DNA from: Lama guanicoe
Lineage: Eukaryota
Direction of reading: 5' to 3'
DNA length: 64,000 nucleotides
Assembly (NCBI GenBank): GCA_013239625.1
Contig: MU054925.1
Span: forward strand, 24,870,378-24,934,377
Position numbers and translations under genes: made by a program. The first letter of the stretch is position 1. Each line of letters begins with the position of its first letter. Shown here in pieces: positions 61,899 through 64,000 of this stretch. The notes under the pieces are model-generated. The model had not been told where the DNA came from. It ran no database searches and saw only the letters and a list, made by a program, of their open reading frames with translations.

Positions 61899-64000
61899 AC
61901 CACCCGAACCATTTTCATGTAAAGATTAGAAGATCTCTGTGCTTGCGAAGGGGTCCTGCTGGGAAGGAGCCTTAACGCTGCATCAGAACTTACCATGTTG
62001 CACAGGTGGAAACTGAGAGAACCGTTTGGCCAGGATGGCTAATTAATTTTAACTACTAGGTATACCTTGGTAACTTGAGATTTGACTTAACTGCCCAGGA
62101 TGACGACTTAATTAAAATACTGGCAATACCTAGGATCTCAAATTTGGGGATCTGCTGACGTCCGTGCAGAAGAGCCAATGGTACACACCATCCAGAGTGC
62201 TTGGATTTCCTTGTTTCCTGTGGTTTCGGGTTGTAGTGGAACCCCCATCTCTGCTTTTCATAGTCAGACGTTAAGAGTGGAGGAGGGCAGGGAGGGAGAA
62301 CCTTTCAGGTGGTAAGTGATAAATAGCTAGACCGAGAAATCCTGCTCCTCCCCTTTGCACTGAAGGACTCTCATGAAATGGAGAGTGAAGATTTCTCTCT
62401 AGGATGGGGCATGTGGCCCAAAGTGGCCTGCGGCAAGGACGACAATCCTTTAAAATATTGGGTTTTAGCTTTAAAATTTGACTCAATTTCATGTTCTGCT
62501 CCAGGGCATATTTTGAGCTTAATATGAAAATATTTTCAGTCCTTACGCCTTATTTCTGTCTGTGGCTTTATGTACGCATTCAGCAGGGCCTTCATGCCCC
62601 AGGACTACAGGTAGTCCACGTACAGAAGCGCAAATAAAGCACAAGCGAAGGGATCCGAATGCATCCTCTTGGCCATTGAGGCGAGGAGCACAGATGCCAG
62701 TAGCAGCCGTCCTAAGGCCCGTGGGCCCCGCTCGTTCCTGCAGCAGGTGCTCGGTGGGACTCAGGACCTGGAGTGAGGGCTGCGTGGGGATCCACGGAGG
62801 CGAGGAGCCGGGCCCTGCGCCCCGCCCGGGGCCCCCGTCGGTGCACTACGGCACCTTGGGGCCGGGGACCTCGTCTTTCTCATCTCCGCAAAGTCAGTAC
62901 TCAGCCCTGTGCCGGGCGCAGAGATTATAAATGTTCGGAAAACGGTTGTTGGATGAAATCTCTGCATTTTGCATGTGTCAGAGACCTTTCTGAAATCGTT
63001 GCTTGGGAGTCCACAAATCAAATCACAAAAGCCACGGAAGAAGGTAGGAGTCTTCCGCGGGAAAAGTCTTCTTAACCTACAGCTATTAGGTCGCTTGCTA
63101 TTAGAATAAGGAAGCTACGTGCAGACTTTGCGTGGGTTTTCTGTGTTCTTTTGAGGACCTCTTTCATGTGGACTCTGGAAATCTGTGTCTTCTATTTTTA
63201 CAGAGGGTTTGCTAAGCAAATGAACATATGAGAGATTTGCAAGCCAGATTTTAGATGAATTCTCGAACCGTTTTGGGCAGCTCAGCATTCATTTGCGTGT
63301 CAGTAGTAAGTTAGCTACAGGTGAGCTCTCACTGCTGGCTGCTGCAGCCCGTGCGCACCCCCTCTTCCCCTCCGGCACCTCCAGGTCACTTCAGCTCACT
63401 TCTTCCCTTCCCCACTGCCAGCCCCCACCCCACCCCGTCCAGGCCCTCCTGGAGTGGAGCCTCGCGTCACTGCTGCCTCTCTCCTGCGCCGGCCCATCCG
63501 GCATCTCCTTTGATGGTCGGTGCTGCCCCGACCTGTCTGCCCTCGGGTTTCCTCACTCCGCTCTGCTGAGAAGGCCTCTGGCTTGCCCCTTGTCTGGCCA
63601 AGTGCTAATATGCCTTCAGGCCCAGGCCTTTCTTAAAGAGGATTCCAGCCAATAGCAACCACTGGGAGGCAGTTCTGACTTTGACCCTGCTCGGTCTGTC
63701 GCTTATTTGACGCAGCACAGCTCCAGTGGTCCATTCTTTCGTCTTTTTTAATTTACATTCTCCGTAACTAAATTGCAAGCACTTTGATGTCAGGAAGGCT
63801 GTTTCATACTTAGGTTTCAAAGCCCTTTCACTTTAATGAGGTCCAGGGGGCAGCGACCCAGGGCAGGTGGTTCACTGCTGTGTCCTCAGCACCAAGCCCA
63901 TAAGGTAAGTGCTCCTTCTGTTTTGTTGAATATGTTTTATTTTTAATGATATTTTCTTCCAGAAGTGTTGATAGTTTTGACTTGACTCCAAAGAACTAAT

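Noticed and set aside
709-63820. Hundreds of 60-220 aa ORFs in the six-frame track
   Set aside because: Apart from those overlapping ITPR1 exons, they have no recognisable domains, many start at non-ATG codons, and they are what GC-rich intronic DNA yields by chance.
50772-64000. Missing ERNLDWFPRMRAM exon as a sign of truncation or pseudogenisation
   Set aside because: All 16 exons are intact and in frame; the next exon most likely lies beyond the window end in a long intron.

Overview
Mammalian genomic DNA (not prokaryotic) covering the 3' part of ITPR1 (inositol 1,4,5-trisphosphate receptor type 1) on the + strand. I mapped 16 internal coding exons (6532-50771; 2,484 nt, 828 codons) that splice into one open frame from [12 protein letters not shown] to YVAEMIK. 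They cover the end of the regulatory region (RIH-associated domain, Ca2+-sensor residues, GxGxxG ATP motif), all transmembrane helices, the GGGVGD selectivity filter and the C2H2 zinc-finger linker. The upstream exons and the last two coding exons lie outside the window. The introns hold old mammalian repeats (MIR, L2, L1M, MLT1, hAT-Charlie), two younger artiodactyl-type L1 3' ends and a tRNA-derived SINE resembling camelid Vic-1, so the source is probably a camelid (inference). There is a 172-nt assembly gap. I see no new multi-gene system, and almost all non-exonic ORFs in the track look spurious. The best second-look items concern splicing and regulation: (1) a truncated L1 inside the polypyrimidine tract of the S4/S5 exon that adds an in-frame cryptic acceptor (+32 aa); (2) a GC-AG intron with a competing frameshifting GT; (3) a candidate 18-nt poison microexon in the last visible intron; (4) a 37-bp minisatellite that multiplies a full CRE palindrome; (5) G-quadruplex motifs against the branch point of the S6 exon; (6) a FOX-palindrome/ETS/GC-box/TATA cluster at 60.9-61.5 kb. 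Repeat subfamily names and boundaries are from recalled consensus sequences and are approximate.
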